From: Podarcis muralis
Lineage: Eukaryota
Reading direction: 5' to 3'
Assembly: GCF_964188315.1 (NCBI RefSeq)
Contig: NC_135667.1
Location: forward strand, 12,462,001-12,526,000
DNA: 64,000 bases
The position numbers and the translations under genes were made by a program. Of the stretch, positions 11,561-23,437 are shown piece by piece. A model generated the notes under the pieces. That model had not been told where the DNA came from. It searched no databases and was given only the letters and a program-made list of their open reading frames with translations. The number at the start of each line of letters is the position of its first letter. Position 1 is the first letter of the stretch.

Positions 11561-12458
11561 GGAGAAAGGGGAACTGCTTTAGTGATAGTAGAATGTTCAC
11601 CCTCACCCAAACATAAAATAAAAACCCTGCAGGTTGAAAGGAGGAGAAGGAGGAAGGAGGTCTAAGTGAGCCTTTCCAATTGGATAGATGGAGCCATAAT
11701 CTTTTGGGAGAAATCTATTGGGCACCACACATGGTGTCTGCTGACAAAAGTAGGTGGAACTGCCCCACACCACCACTCTGATTTCCCACCTCTCCCCATT
11801 TTCCTCTCATTCTCACCTCTCAAATTACCTCATCTCTCCACTGGAAACAATTGTTGGGGGAGGGAAATCACAAAATGTGGGAAACAGAAGGTTAACCCTT
11901 CTCTCCTCAGCCGCACCCCATGCCATCTGTCTCAGGAGACAATGGAGGAGTGTGCCTTTGCAGGTGTGGTCAAATGCTTGGAAGGTTACAGTGCCTGTTG
12001 TGGCTGTACAGAAAGATACAGAAGAGACATGTTTGGTTGCAGATGCTGCAAATAGACATAAAAAAGCTTCCATTGGCACCATGAAGAGCTGGTTGTTTAA
12101 AGCCCCAATTGCTATATGGGGAGTGATGGCGGGGGGATGTTAAAGACCTCTTCTCGTGTTGCCGTCCTCCAAATGTCTCAGGGAGGCACACAAAGAAAGT
12201 CCTCTGAAGCCGGAATCAATAATATGCTAAACGTTTAAAGTTGGGTTTTTAACGTTGCATAGAAGTGTCTGTGCATACTTTCCAAATAAGTGACATTCAC
12301 ATGACAAATGTCCTGGTCAAAGTGCCAGTGTTCCATCAAACTTCCTGGAACTGAGGGCAATAAAATATATTTTAGTTCACTATATGAGTGAAACATCTAT
12401 TGCTGCTGGCATATTCTGCAGCAAAAATATTCTGAGAGTTTATTTAAATACCTTGCAG

Positions 12459-12750
12459 ATTTATGACACAGATATACCAGCACATCGTGGCCCTCACATT
12501 TGCTGTAACGGAGATCAACGAAAGTGGCCAGATCTTATCCAACCTCACCCTGGGTTTCCACATTATTAACAGTCAATTCTTGGCAAGTAGGATGTATCTG
12601 GCCTCTATGGAGCTTCTCTCTACATGGAGCAGATTCATCCCAAACTACAGCTGTGATCTCCAGGGTAATGCAGTAGCTGTCATTGGGGGTCCTAACTCAG
12701 ACGTGTGTTTCTTCATGGCAGACATTCTCTCCATCTACAAGATTCCACAG
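12459..12750 (+). CDS. V2R-B exon 2
   Basis: ttgcag|ATTTATG...CCACAG|gtacg; 292 nt. YQHIVALTFAVTEINESGQILSNLTLGFHI...PNYSC...VIGG...IYKIPQ. Confidence 0.93.
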
Positions 12751-13179
12751 GTACGTTTTGCGCATGGAGCATAAGACTTTAACAAACCAGCTGTGCTTCC
12801 CTTGCCTTTTAGCCAGGCTTTGGAGACAGAAAGTAGCAAACTAGAGGCAGTTCTGACCTGCCACTTATAAGAGGCTGCTGCAGAAGAAGTACTACGAGCC
12901 ACATTATGGAAGGGGTGCTTCTAGGACAAAGGTGAATTTGTGAAGCTCCCTTGTTCTGGATACTGCCTGGTGTTTAACAAATCTTGTTGTCTTTAATGCG
13001 TTGAAATGTAAGGGGGGAGGAGTTGTTTGTTACCATATTTCTGTTTTGGTATGTTATGTTGTATTATGACATAGTTTCTGTAATGTTTGTTTGAAATGCA
13101 TCCCTGTTTCCTTTTTTATGCCACTTTGAGCATGATGTGAGTGTGTGGAAAAGCAGAATACAAATAAAATTTTAGAACA

Positions 13180-14030
13180 CTGTCTATGATGAATTTTAAA
13201 AAATGTTAAGACAAACATTCAGGGGAAAACCCTGAAGCCTTTCTGTTGGGCATTCTGACAATCAGTATCCGCAGCGATAAGGAAAAGGTGTTCTGGTATG
13301 CCACAACTGCCGCTAGAATGTTGATCGCTAGGAATTGGAAAGGGGATAAGATACCAACAAAGGAAGAATGGCAAAACAAGCTGTGTGAGTATATGGAATT
13401 GGCAAAAAATGACAGCGGCAATTAGACAACAACCAAACCAAAAACTTTTAAAAAGAGTGGGAAAAGTGCAAAAGAATACAGTGGTACCTCAGGTTACATA
13501 CGCTTCAGGTTACATACACTTCAGGTTACAGACTCCACTAACCCAGAAATAGTGCTTCAGGTTAAGAACTTTGCTTCAGGATGAGAACAGAAATCATGCT
13601 CTGGCGGCGCAGCAGCAGTAGGAGGCCCCATTAGCTAAAGTGGTGCTTCAGGTTAAGAACAGTTTCAGGTTAAGTAGGGACCTCCGGAACGAATTAAGTA
13701 CTTAACCTGAGGTACCACTGTATTTGGAAAAACATTGTTCGCAAATCAAACCCTTGATATGCTTCGAATAAATTTCACAAAGTCAAAATTCACACAGATA
13801 AGTTTTATATTATGTAATAAAAAGATAATAAAGATAAACAACACAATTGAATAGAAAAATAAGAGAGAAGAAGCTGTTATGAGGTGGTGGGAAGTCACTG
13901 GTGAAGAATTATGGATATTGTTTGGTTTAACTATGTATACAGTATATGTAAAAATAAAGATAAGGATTGGAATATGTAAATGATTAAGAAATGAAAAATC
14001 AAATAAAAGCATTAAACAAAAAACAAAAAA
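13180..14030 (+). mobile_element. L1-clade LINE 3' end (ORF2 C-terminus, AT-rich 3' UTR, A-rich tail), interrupted by a MITE
   Basis: KPEAFLLGIL...YATTAARMLIARNWKGDKIPTKEEWQNKLCEYMELAK; AATAAAAGC followed by an A-rich run at about 14000-14030. Confidence 0.65.
13479..13720. mobile_element. Tc1/mariner (Tigger/pogo-like) MITE
   Basis: TIRs CAGTGGTACCTC / GAGGTACCACTG, TA TSD, internal TTCAGGTTA repeats. Confidence 0.88.
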
Positions 14031-14087
14031 AATGAATGAACTTTGGAAATAGATTGTTGCTATTTTCTCTGGTTATTTCCCATGTAG

Positions 14088-14949
14088 CTTGGATATGGCT
14101 CTGCTTCAGTGACGAATGATCAAAAACAAGGAGCGTTCTTCCTGCAATTGTTCCCTGATTGGTACCACCAGTATTTCGGGATTCTCCAGTTGCTGCTGTT
14201 TTTCAAATGGACCTGGATTGGGATAGTTACTTTACATGCTGACAGTGGAGAAAGGGTTGTCCAGGCCATTCTTCCCAAGTTTTCCCAGAGCGGCATCTGC
14301 TTTGCATTTATTGAATTTTATCACAAACTGGCACATTTTGCAACTGACTTTGGAGAAATTCTGGAGAATACGATGGAAACATACGTGGTTATTTTGAGGA
14401 GCACTGCCACTGTTGTCCTTGTACATGGTGAAATTCAAACCATGATATTTCTGAGAATGTTTCCTGTTATTTCAGGCATTGCGGACACCAATGAAGACAG
14501 CAGCTAAAATCTGGATTATGATAGGTCGCATGGAGTTCGTTTCACTTTCCTATCAAAGAGGTTTTGACATAGACATAATCCACGGTGCTATGTCCTTGGC
14601 AATTCACTCAAAGGAGGTGTCAGGATTCCAGACATTCCTTCAGTTGAAAAATCCCAATTTGGAAAAAGGAGATGGTTTTCTCAAGATCTTTTGGCAGAAG
14701 GCATTCAACTGTGAGCTCCCCACCTCTGATGGAGATCATGCTAGTGGGGAGGTCTGCACCGGGGATGAGAAACTGGAAGCACTTCCTGGATCTGTTTTTG
14801 ACATGAGCATGACTGGCCACAGTTACAGCATGTACAATGCAGTCTATGCTGTGGCACATGCTTTGCAATCCATGCGGTCCTCCAAATTAAAAAACAGAGT
14901 GACAGTGGAAAGAAGGAGATGGAAGCTTCCGAATCAACAACCATGGCAG
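14088..14949 (+). CDS. V2R-B exon 3 (frameshifted near 14459-14462)
   Basis: tgtag|CTTGGATATGGC...CCATGGCAG|gtaatg. The first frame (LFFKWTWIGIV) stops at 14505-14507; the +1 frame continues KIWIMIG...MYNAVYAVAHALQSM...QPWQ. Confidence 0.9.
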
Positions 14950-15620
14950 GTAATGTCTGCAGCAAAAAATATAGGAGTGCTCATTCTCTTGCTTTGCTTC
15001 ATTCTGTACATTGTAGAACATGATATAAAAAGCATTGGTCAAAGCAGCTGCAGTAATAAGTTTAAGTTCCACTGAGTGCTTATGGACCCCAACGTTTTCT
15101 TGAAAAATTAAGATGGTGTTGACTACTTCATCGGTGTCTTAACAGTGCTGTTCTACTTCCCATTTAACATGCACAGCAAATCTGCTAACCTTGTGGGACA
15201 CCAACCAGGATGATGCTGCAGATACCCTAGGTCATGCTGCTCAGAGCCCTTTCAAAGCTATCTGTGTGAGGAACAACAGCCATGCAGACACTGTGTGTGT
15301 GTTTGTGTTGAGAGAGAGAGAAAAAATATGGGGGGGGGAGTGTATAAGATTTTTTGTGTGTATGACCTTCATTTCTTTTAAATTCCCTCCTTACATTATG
15401 AATTCATAGATAAATGGGGAGAAACCAACAGGTTGTAGTTGTGAAGAAAAGGTGAATTCTATTTTAGGCATCTAGATGGAAAATAAACATTCGCAATGTC
15501 GTGCACAGTTACAGTCATCCCACCTCAAAAAGCATATTGCTCAACTGGAGAAGGCTTAGAAAAGGACGGCCAAAATGGTCAAGGGACTGGAGCAACATCC
15601 CTATGAGTAAAGATTACAAG

Positions 15621-15756
15621 CAGGGTGTTTCTTCAGGGGGAACTCACAGGAACTCAGTTCTGGTACCTCTCAGGTGGGCGTCATTGCCATTCTAAGAGAA
15701 TGATGGAGGTGTTCATGGTGAGTTCTGGCACCTCTTTTTCTAGAAAAATAGCACTG
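15621..15756. mobile_element. hAT-type MITE
   Basis: CAGGGTGTTT...AAATAGCACTG, degenerate 8-bp TSD ATTACAAG / GTTACAGG. Same family as 58771-59183. Confidence 0.6.
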
Positions 15757-16199
15757 GTTACAGGATCTGGTGCTGGTCAGGTGAGGCAAGCAAAGTGGGG
15801 ACATGGTATGTGTGCGTAAAATTATGTTTGGTGTTGGCAGGGGCAGCCCTCCAATAAGGCTCTCTGAAGGCACCTCCCTGTTTCCTACATACTTGCCCGT
15901 GGCAGTGAAGCCTAGTGGAATGCTCCCCCATCAGAAAGCCATGGTGCAAAGGCAAGAGAGAGATCACCCATTGGCTGTGATGATGACAACACAAATTAGG
16001 ATAAATTAAAGATTGTACAACAAAATGGCAGAGGGAAGTTAAAATATATATTTTTGAAAGGCAGAACCCCCCACAACTCTGGGCAAAATGGTTCTTGGCT
16101 AAGCAGTGTCTGTGTTGGCTGCAGGAGTAGCAACACCATGACTTTTAAAGAGACTTTTGTGGGGGGGGGGATGGTATTCTCTTTATTCTTTTGATTCAG

Positions 16200-16427
16200 C
16201 TTCAGCACTATCTGAAAGGAGTCTCATTTAACAACAGTGCCGGGGATGAAGTTTCCTTTGACCAAAATGGATACTTGGCCACTGGATTTGATATTATCAG
16301 CTGGGTCACATTTCCAAACCTGTCCTTCTTGAGAGTCAAGGTTGCAGAGATAGACCCCATTGCTTCCAAAGAGAAAGAATTGAACGTTTCTGTGAATAGC
16401 ATCAGATGGCCCAGTGCTTTTAATCAG
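16200..16427 (+). CDS. V2R-B exon 4
   Basis: attcag|CTTCAG...AATCAG|gtac; 228 nt. [40 protein letters not shown]. Confidence 0.93.
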
Positions 16428-16721
16428 GTACAGATGATTCATGGTTTGGGACCACATGCTGGTGGGTGGTTCTAAACATGGGTGGGGTCCGTGCTCGTTC
16501 ACACACAGTCATTTGTTTGCGCATATTCATGCACACTTTTGAAGAGGACAAGAACATGGAGGTGAGCACTAGGCTAACTACTAGTTCGCCGCTTCCTCCT
16601 CCTTCATATTCTATTACAATTATATAATCCTCCTCCACATGCACTCAAGGTGATGTACAAGGAAACTGTTGTGGTTTTTTTTAAGAGTTTAAAACAGCAC
16701 ACAGAAATAACAGAAATAATA

Positions 16722-17080
16722 AAAGGTAAAGGTACCCCTGCCCATACGGGCCAGTCTTGACAGACTCTAGGGTTGGGCACCCATCTCACTCAAGAGGCCG
16801 GGAGCCAGCGCTGTCCGCAGACACTTCCGGGTCACGTGGCCAGCATGACAAAGCTGCATCTGGCAAGCCAGCGCAGCACACGGAAACGCCGTTTACCTTC
16901 CCACCAGTAAGAGGTCCCTATTTATCTACTTGCATCCCAGGGTGCTTTCGAACTGCTAGGTTGGCAGGCGCTGGGACCGAGCAATGGGAGCGCACCCCGC
17001 CACGGGGATTCGAACCGCCAACCTTTCAATCGGCAAGCCCTAGGCGCTGAGGCTTTTACCCACAGCGCCACCCGCGTCCC
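16722..17080 (-). mobile_element. Full-length Sauria SINE
   Basis: GGGACGCGGGTGGCGCTGTGGG head, (ACCTTT)n tail, 13-bp TSD AACAGAAATAATA. Confidence 0.93.
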
Positions 17081-18017
17081 AACAGAAATAATAGCTACAT
17101 TTAAAAACAGTACAAAGTGGACACCCCTGGCAGAACTATTCATCCAGCTTGGAAAGTTTGGAAAGCTTGTTGGAACATAAATATCTTCAATTGTTTCCAG
17201 AAAATGCAGGTAGTTGGTGCTAGTCATGTCTTGACAGAAAGGCTGTTCTACAGAACATGGGAAGCCACACTAAAAGGCATGTTCTGAGTTTCTGACTGGT
17301 GGGCTCTGCTATTTTTGGAACTTCTTTCTTTCCATTTGCCATCTCCCCCATCACAAACCGTGAGGAACACTGTTTCTGTGAGGTGCAAGATATCTGCAAT
17401 GAATCTCACTATGTGTTTCCTCAGCACACCCCCTTTGGGGGAGGGAGCAAAGTTTGACAACATGCTGGGAGGAATGAAGTAGGAGACAGCCTTGGTGTGT
17501 GCCCATATATATGTCACACTGAAGACCTCCAAGGGTCATGTGAAGTCTGTAGGCCCAGGGTGACACACATGTTCTGTAATTTTATGCAGAGGTGAGTAGG
17601 AGGATGCCCTATTGAATATTGCACACTTTACTTCCAAGAAAGCATGTGTAAAAATGGGGAAACCAACAACATGGTAAAGAATAAGCAACATATAATGAAG
17701 CAAACATGAGGGATTTTTTCAAGCTGTCAGAAATTAGTCAAGTGAGGTTTAAAGTGTTCTGATGGAAAGACACTGGCCAAATCACAGAGGGAGTGGAAAT
17801 ATTTCCTTGAGAACTATTTTCATATACAGGCTGAGACCATTTCATTAGGCCCCCTTGTGCTTCAGTGGAGCGCATATAAGTGTGCCCTGCCCCATTACGT
17901 CCCCAGTTCTGCCCCAGTCCTGCCTTCTTCTGGGTCCAAAAGGATCTGTGCATCATCAATCACACATCAATTAGACGTGGCTAAAATGATTGCCATTTGT
18001 ACTAAAGACTGTGATTA

Positions 18018-18242
18018 CAGTGGTACCTCGGTTAAGAACTTAATTGGTTCTGGAGGTCTGTTCTTAACCTGAAACTGTTCTTAACCTGAGGTACCACTTT
18101 AGCTAATGGGGCCTCCTGCTGCTGCTGCGCCACCGCAGCACGATTTCTGTTCTCACCCTGAAGCAAAGTTCTTAACCCAAGGTACTATTTTTGGGTTAGC
18201 AGAGTCTGTAACCTGAAGTGTCTGTAACCCGAGGTACCACCG
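18018..18242. mobile_element. Tc1/mariner (Tigger/pogo-like) MITE, inverted relative to 13479-13720
   Basis: TA|CAGTGGTACCTC...GAGGTACCACCG|TA. The internal sequence is the reverse complement of the 13.5-kb copy. Confidence 0.88.
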
Positions 18243-18480
18243 TATAGGCATTCTAGGGTTGTCATGTTTTGAAGAGCAAAAAAGGGGACACATTTGCCGA
18301 CTTCTGCTTGTAACTATGGATCACTATGACGACTCTTATCATGAAAAAGAGGACATGTCCTGGGGAAAGAGGGCATATGGAAACTCTAGACAGCACCATC
18401 TTGATATGTGGACATGATTTAATGAAAGCTTTGTCAGGAGGCAAAGTATTACCAGTTTGCCATGCCAGTACCAAACAAAT

Positions 18481-18744
18481 CGTGAAGTTGAGGCTCCAAT
18501 ACTTTGGCCATCTCATGAGAAGAGAAGACTCCCTGGAAAAGTCCCTGATGTTGGGAAAGATGGAGGGCGCAAGGAAAAGGGGACGACAGAGGATGAGATG
18601 GTTGGACAGTGTTCTCGAAGCTACAAACATGAGCCTAACCAAACTGCGGGAGGCGGTGGAAGACAGGAGTGCCTGGCGTGCTCTGGTCCATGGGGTCACG
18701 AAGAGTCGGACACGACTAAACGACTAAACAACAACAACAACAAC
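18481..18744 (+). mobile_element. 5'-truncated RTE-BovB-type LINE 3' end
   Basis: [41 protein letters not shown]...[12 protein letters not shown], (CAA)n tail, 11-bp TSD ACCAAACAAAT. Confidence 0.92.
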
Positions 18745-18801
18745 ACCAAACAAATACATGGCCTAAATGCTGAGACATTAACCAATTTCACTTCTATACA
18801 G

Positions 18802-18928
18802 GTACAACCCATTTCATGGTGTAATGATGTCTGTCAACCAGGTTATAGCAAGAGAAAGAAGGAAGGGAAGCCATTTTGCTGCTATGATTGCCTTCTATGT
18901 CCAGAAGGGAAGATTTCAAACCAGACAG
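18802..18928 (+). CDS. V2R-B exon 5 (cysteine-rich domain)
   Basis: atacag|GTACAA...CAGACAG|gtaag; 127 nt. [42 protein letters not shown]. Confidence 0.94.
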
Positions 18929-19469
18929 GTAAGAGAAGTCATGCCCATATTATTTTTCCCTCTAGGACATAGTTTTACATTCATGTTTACAGACCCCCAT
19001 TTCCTTCATATTTAAAAGGAATAGTTCACATGAGTGGATAGAGTATAATATGGCAAGTGAATATGGCAAGTGTGCTCTCATGCACAGCACCCAATTTCAC
19101 CAGGACAAAATGAAATCAAATGAAAATAATTGCAAAAAATCCAAACATCAGAATGGAGGTTATGCTAATTCTTTTTGTAATGTTTAATAAAAGTTTGGTG
19201 AAAAACTAGATTTTTTTTTAAAAAAAATTAACCAAAATCCAGACATCTACTGAGCTTCAGGTTACCTTTCCTGTCTTCATACCCCTAAATTCTGGATTCT
19301 TCTTAAATCATTGCTTTGTGTAGATATTTAAAAAAAGAAAAAGTAACATTGCTTGAAAATTATGTGAACTGATTTTGAGCTAGCAGTTCTCTTTCAGTTT
19401 TAAAGAGATATTTCTGTAGTGCACTGAATGCAAACTTCACTGCAATGAAAAAAATGTTTCTTTCTTTAG

Positions 19470-20386
19470 ACATGGAGTACTGTTTGATGTGTTCAGATGG
19501 TCAATATCCAAACAAAGGCCAAGATTTATGCATTCAAAAGAATATCAGCTTCTTGTCCTTTGAAGAACCTTTGGGGATCGCTTTAGCTGCTTTTACTCTT
19601 TCCCTTTCTTCCATCACAGCTTTGGTGCTGGCAATCTTCATTCAGCACAAAGACACTCCCATAGTCAAAGCCAACAACCGGAGCCTCACCTACACTCTCC
19701 TCATCTCCCTCCTGTTCTCCTTCCTCTGTGCTCTGCTATTCATTGGCCGACCTGAGAAAGTGATATGTCTGCTTCGACAAACCACTTTTGGCATAGTCTT
19801 CTCCGTTGCAATTTCATGTCTTTTGGCCAAAACCATTATTGTGGTTCTAGCTTTCATGGCCACCAAGCCAGGGTCCACTATGAGGAAATGGATAGGGAAA
19901 AGACTGGCTGCTTCTGTTGTTCTTTCCTGCTCCCTCATTCAAGCCACTCTTTGCACTGTGTGGCTAACAACCTCTCCTCCATTCCTAGATGTAGATATGC
20001 ACACAATGGCTGAAGAGATTGTTTTGGAATGTAATGAAGGATCTGCCATCTTGTTTTACTCTGTCCTAGGCTACATGGGTTTCTTGGCCACTGTCAGTTT
20101 CACAATAGCTTTCTTAGCCAGGAAGTTACCTGACAGTTTTAATGAAGCCAAGTTTATCACCTTCAGCATGTTGGTCTTTTGCAGTGTTTGGGTGACCTTT
20201 GTCCCAACTTACCTTAGCACAAAAGGGAAATACATGGTGGCTGTGGAGATCTTCTCCATCTTGGCCTCTGGCGCTGGGTTACTGGGCTGCATTTTTGCCC
20301 CTAAATGCTATATCATTTTGGTTAAACCTGAGTTGAACAACAGGGAGCTACTGGTAAGAAGAAATAATTCAGGCATTAGAAACTAA
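19470..20386 (+). CDS. V2R-B exon 6 (7TM domain), intact
   Basis: ctttag|ACATGGAG. Motifs [38 protein letters not shown]; TAA stop at 20384-20386. Confidence 0.96.
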
Positions 20387-22479
20387 TAACCCCTAATTGT
20401 GATATTAGTTATTCCTGGGCTTGAAATGCCTCCTGAACTTTGTAGCCCTATTCTGTTGATGTTAAAGGTTTTGAAGGAGAACCACTTCTTCTTTTCATCA
20501 TGTACACAGTAAAGATAAAGATAGATTGTGTTAGCTGTGCTTTATTGAATCTACATGCAATGTTTAAATCTTGGTAATGCACCCCATTTTTTTCCAATCC
20601 AATTCAAATCATTGTTTCACATTATCATTTATAGCTGCCAATTAGTCCTTTAAATTTTTTTGATTTGTATTAGATTTTACAAAAATGAGTTTATAACAAT
20701 ACCAAATACATATCCATATAAAGAGATTTCTCTGAGTCTCTGAGTCCCCATCTCTTCCATGGGTCCTAATGTGAACATTTTCAACTACATATTATTACAT
20801 AATTGATATTTTATATCCATCCATATTGTCCATATTACCAGCTTCAAATTAGTCCTGATCTGCTGATAGGCACTGACTTCAAGCTTGCTGGTATTGGCTG
20901 AACTGCTGAGTTTTTGTTGGGGAGTTTTTGTTGGGGAGTTCCACATTGCGGTCGACCCCTGCTGGAAGCAAAACTAACACTGAGAAATGGAGCAAGTGTC
21001 CCCATATATTTTAATGTAGAGAGAGAGATCCTCTTGTCTCATCATGCCTTGGGTGCATGATTACCACTTTCAAGGTGCCTAGCACCACTCGCTATGATGA
21101 GTAGGAAGCACAGCCTGATTTCATTCAGCCAGTCTCCTGTGGTTTATTTTACGAAAGGATCAAGAGGGACAAACTTCCTCCAAGCACCTTATCCTTGTTC
21201 TCACACTACAGAAGCTGAAATCAATTTCTCTAGCAGTGTAGATTTTCCAGGGAATATTTACTCATACTTCCCCTGTTTACCACTGGAGCTACTGGTGGGC
21301 ACATTTGTACTAACAGGCACCACACTTGGAGGTTCCTTTTGTCACTCTCAGCCCTGGGTGAGAAGTTGGGTGCTTCTAAGGATGTGTAGGTGCTACTGGA
21401 CACATGGACATGCATTACAGATGGGGTTTTTTTAAAAAAGCAAGACATGGTTTAGCATGACATCTTCATGAAGACCCTGTTTTGCCTTTCCCCGTAAAAG
21501 TACTATGGTGTGGAGTTTGCCAAGATAGTTGGCTAGCCACCAGGAAGGATACCAACTTACAACTTTATTCCACAAAGCTGAAGAAAAGCACGCCACCTTT
21601 TTCAGTTGGCAATACAAGATGGGGGAAATGTTGACTACTCTATGGAACTGGAAGCTTCTGTCTGCTTTTTGAACCTCCTTCTTTTGTCAACAGCCTGATG
21701 TAGAAATTCTGCCCAGTTTCATGCCATGTATAGAGGTAGAAACTATGCAAAACTTTTCTTCTTTTATGCCAGTGTCTTCCTTACTTTAAGGCCTCCTTGA
21801 CTTGATGGCTTCTTCTTGATGGCCATTAAATAAGAGGCTGCCCTATACCAAGCCAGAACATTGGTTCATCAGACTCTGTACCGTCTACACTAACTGGTAA
21901 TGGCTCTCCATTGTTTCAGATGGGGATCCTTCATAGCCCAGCTTTGAGATAAAGGTGTTGGGACCAATGACATTGTGCACCCCTCCCTCTAAGTCTCTTG
22001 TTATTACAAATAATTTGCTATAAAAAAACTTTTTATGCAATATTATAAAACTTTTTTTCTTATTCCACCAAGTCTGATCATTTATCTATCTGTCATCTGC
22101 ACAAGGTTTCCCAAACCTGGTATTCTCCAGATGTTTTGGACTTAAACAGCCATCATTCCTAATCATCAGCCATTCTGGCTGAGGCTGATGGGAGTTGGAT
22201 TCCAAAACACCATTGGGGAAGGCTCTCTACACGATACTGGCAGTAGCAATCCATGGTTCCAGCCAAGAACCCAGCTGTAACTGGAAATACCAGCGACTGA
22301 ACCTGCGACCTTGTGTATGCAAAACATGAACTACTATCTTTCCCTTCTTTGCCCAACAGACCACTAATTGGATTTCAAGGCTGAACAGAGAATTGATATG
22401 ACATGTGAATGCCAGACGTAAAAATCAATCCCTCTCAGCCCTTGGATAACATCCAAGCCAACATGCAGGATGGCAACAT

Positions 22480-23437
22480 TCATCCTTTCTTCTTCCAAGA
22501 CACTCTTTGTAGCAATTTGGCCACTGCCCCATGGACATCCTTGTTCCTCAAGGTATAAATGATAGGGTTGAGAAGTGGGGTGACCACAATGTAGAAAAAA
22601 GCAATTTTCTTGTCACTGTCTGGAGTTGTCCCCGACCTGGGTCTCATATACATAGAAATAACAGTGCCGTAGAACAAGGTGACCACTGCCAGGTGGGAAG
22701 CACATGTAGAGAAAGCTTTGCTCCGACCTGCAGCTGACTTCATTTGTAACACAGAAGACAGAATGAGTCCGTAAGAGGTCAGGATAACAGAAAGGGGCAC
22801 TAGAAGGATAATCACAGCTGCTCCAAAAACGACAGCCTCCGTAACACGGGTGTCAGCACATGCAAGTTTCAACACTACTGGCATCTCGCAAAAGAAGTGG
22901 TTAATGAGGTTGGGGCCACAGAAGGGGAAGCGAAGAGTGCAGGCCACATTCATCAGGGAGAGCAGGAAGCCGCCTGCCCAGGAGCCTGAGGAAAGCTGCA
23001 ACTGGTGCCACTTATCCATGGCAACAGCGTAGACCAAGGGCTGGCAGATGGCCACATAGCGGTCATAAGCCATGGCACCAAGCAGAAGAGCTTCGGTGCT
23101 CCCCAGGGACAGCCCAAGGTACATCTGGGTCACACAACGGGCAAAGGAGATAGCTCCATTCCCAGACAAGAGATGAGCCAACATCTGGGGCACAGTGCAG
23201 GTGACATAACATATCTCCAGGCCAGAGAGTTGAGTCAGGAAGAAGTACATAGGTGTATGGAGGCGGGGGTCGGCCAGCACCAGCATGATGATAACCAGGT
23301 TCCCCAAAAAGGTAAATGAGTAGAATATGAGGATGACCACAAAGAGGAGAATCTGTGTCTTGCGGTGGTTGGAGAGCCCCACCAAGATGAACTCTGTGAC
23401 GGAGGTGATGTTCTCAAATTCCATTCTAGCCTCCTCC
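22480..23437 (-). CDS. OR-1 class II olfactory receptor, main exon (classical ATG 23424, 314 aa)
   Basis: [52 protein letters not shown]; acceptor tctctacag|G at 23437. Confidence 0.96.

Larger units (their letters stand above)
8948..20386 (+). pseudogene. V2R-B: complete six-exon vomeronasal type-2 receptor gene with a +1 frameshift in exon 3 (pseudogene or assembly indel)
   Basis: Exons 8948-9168, 12459-12750, 14088-14949, 16200-16427, 18802-18928, 19470-20386, all bounded by GT-AG. All phases are consistent except exon 3 (862 nt = 3n+1). Confidence 0.85.
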
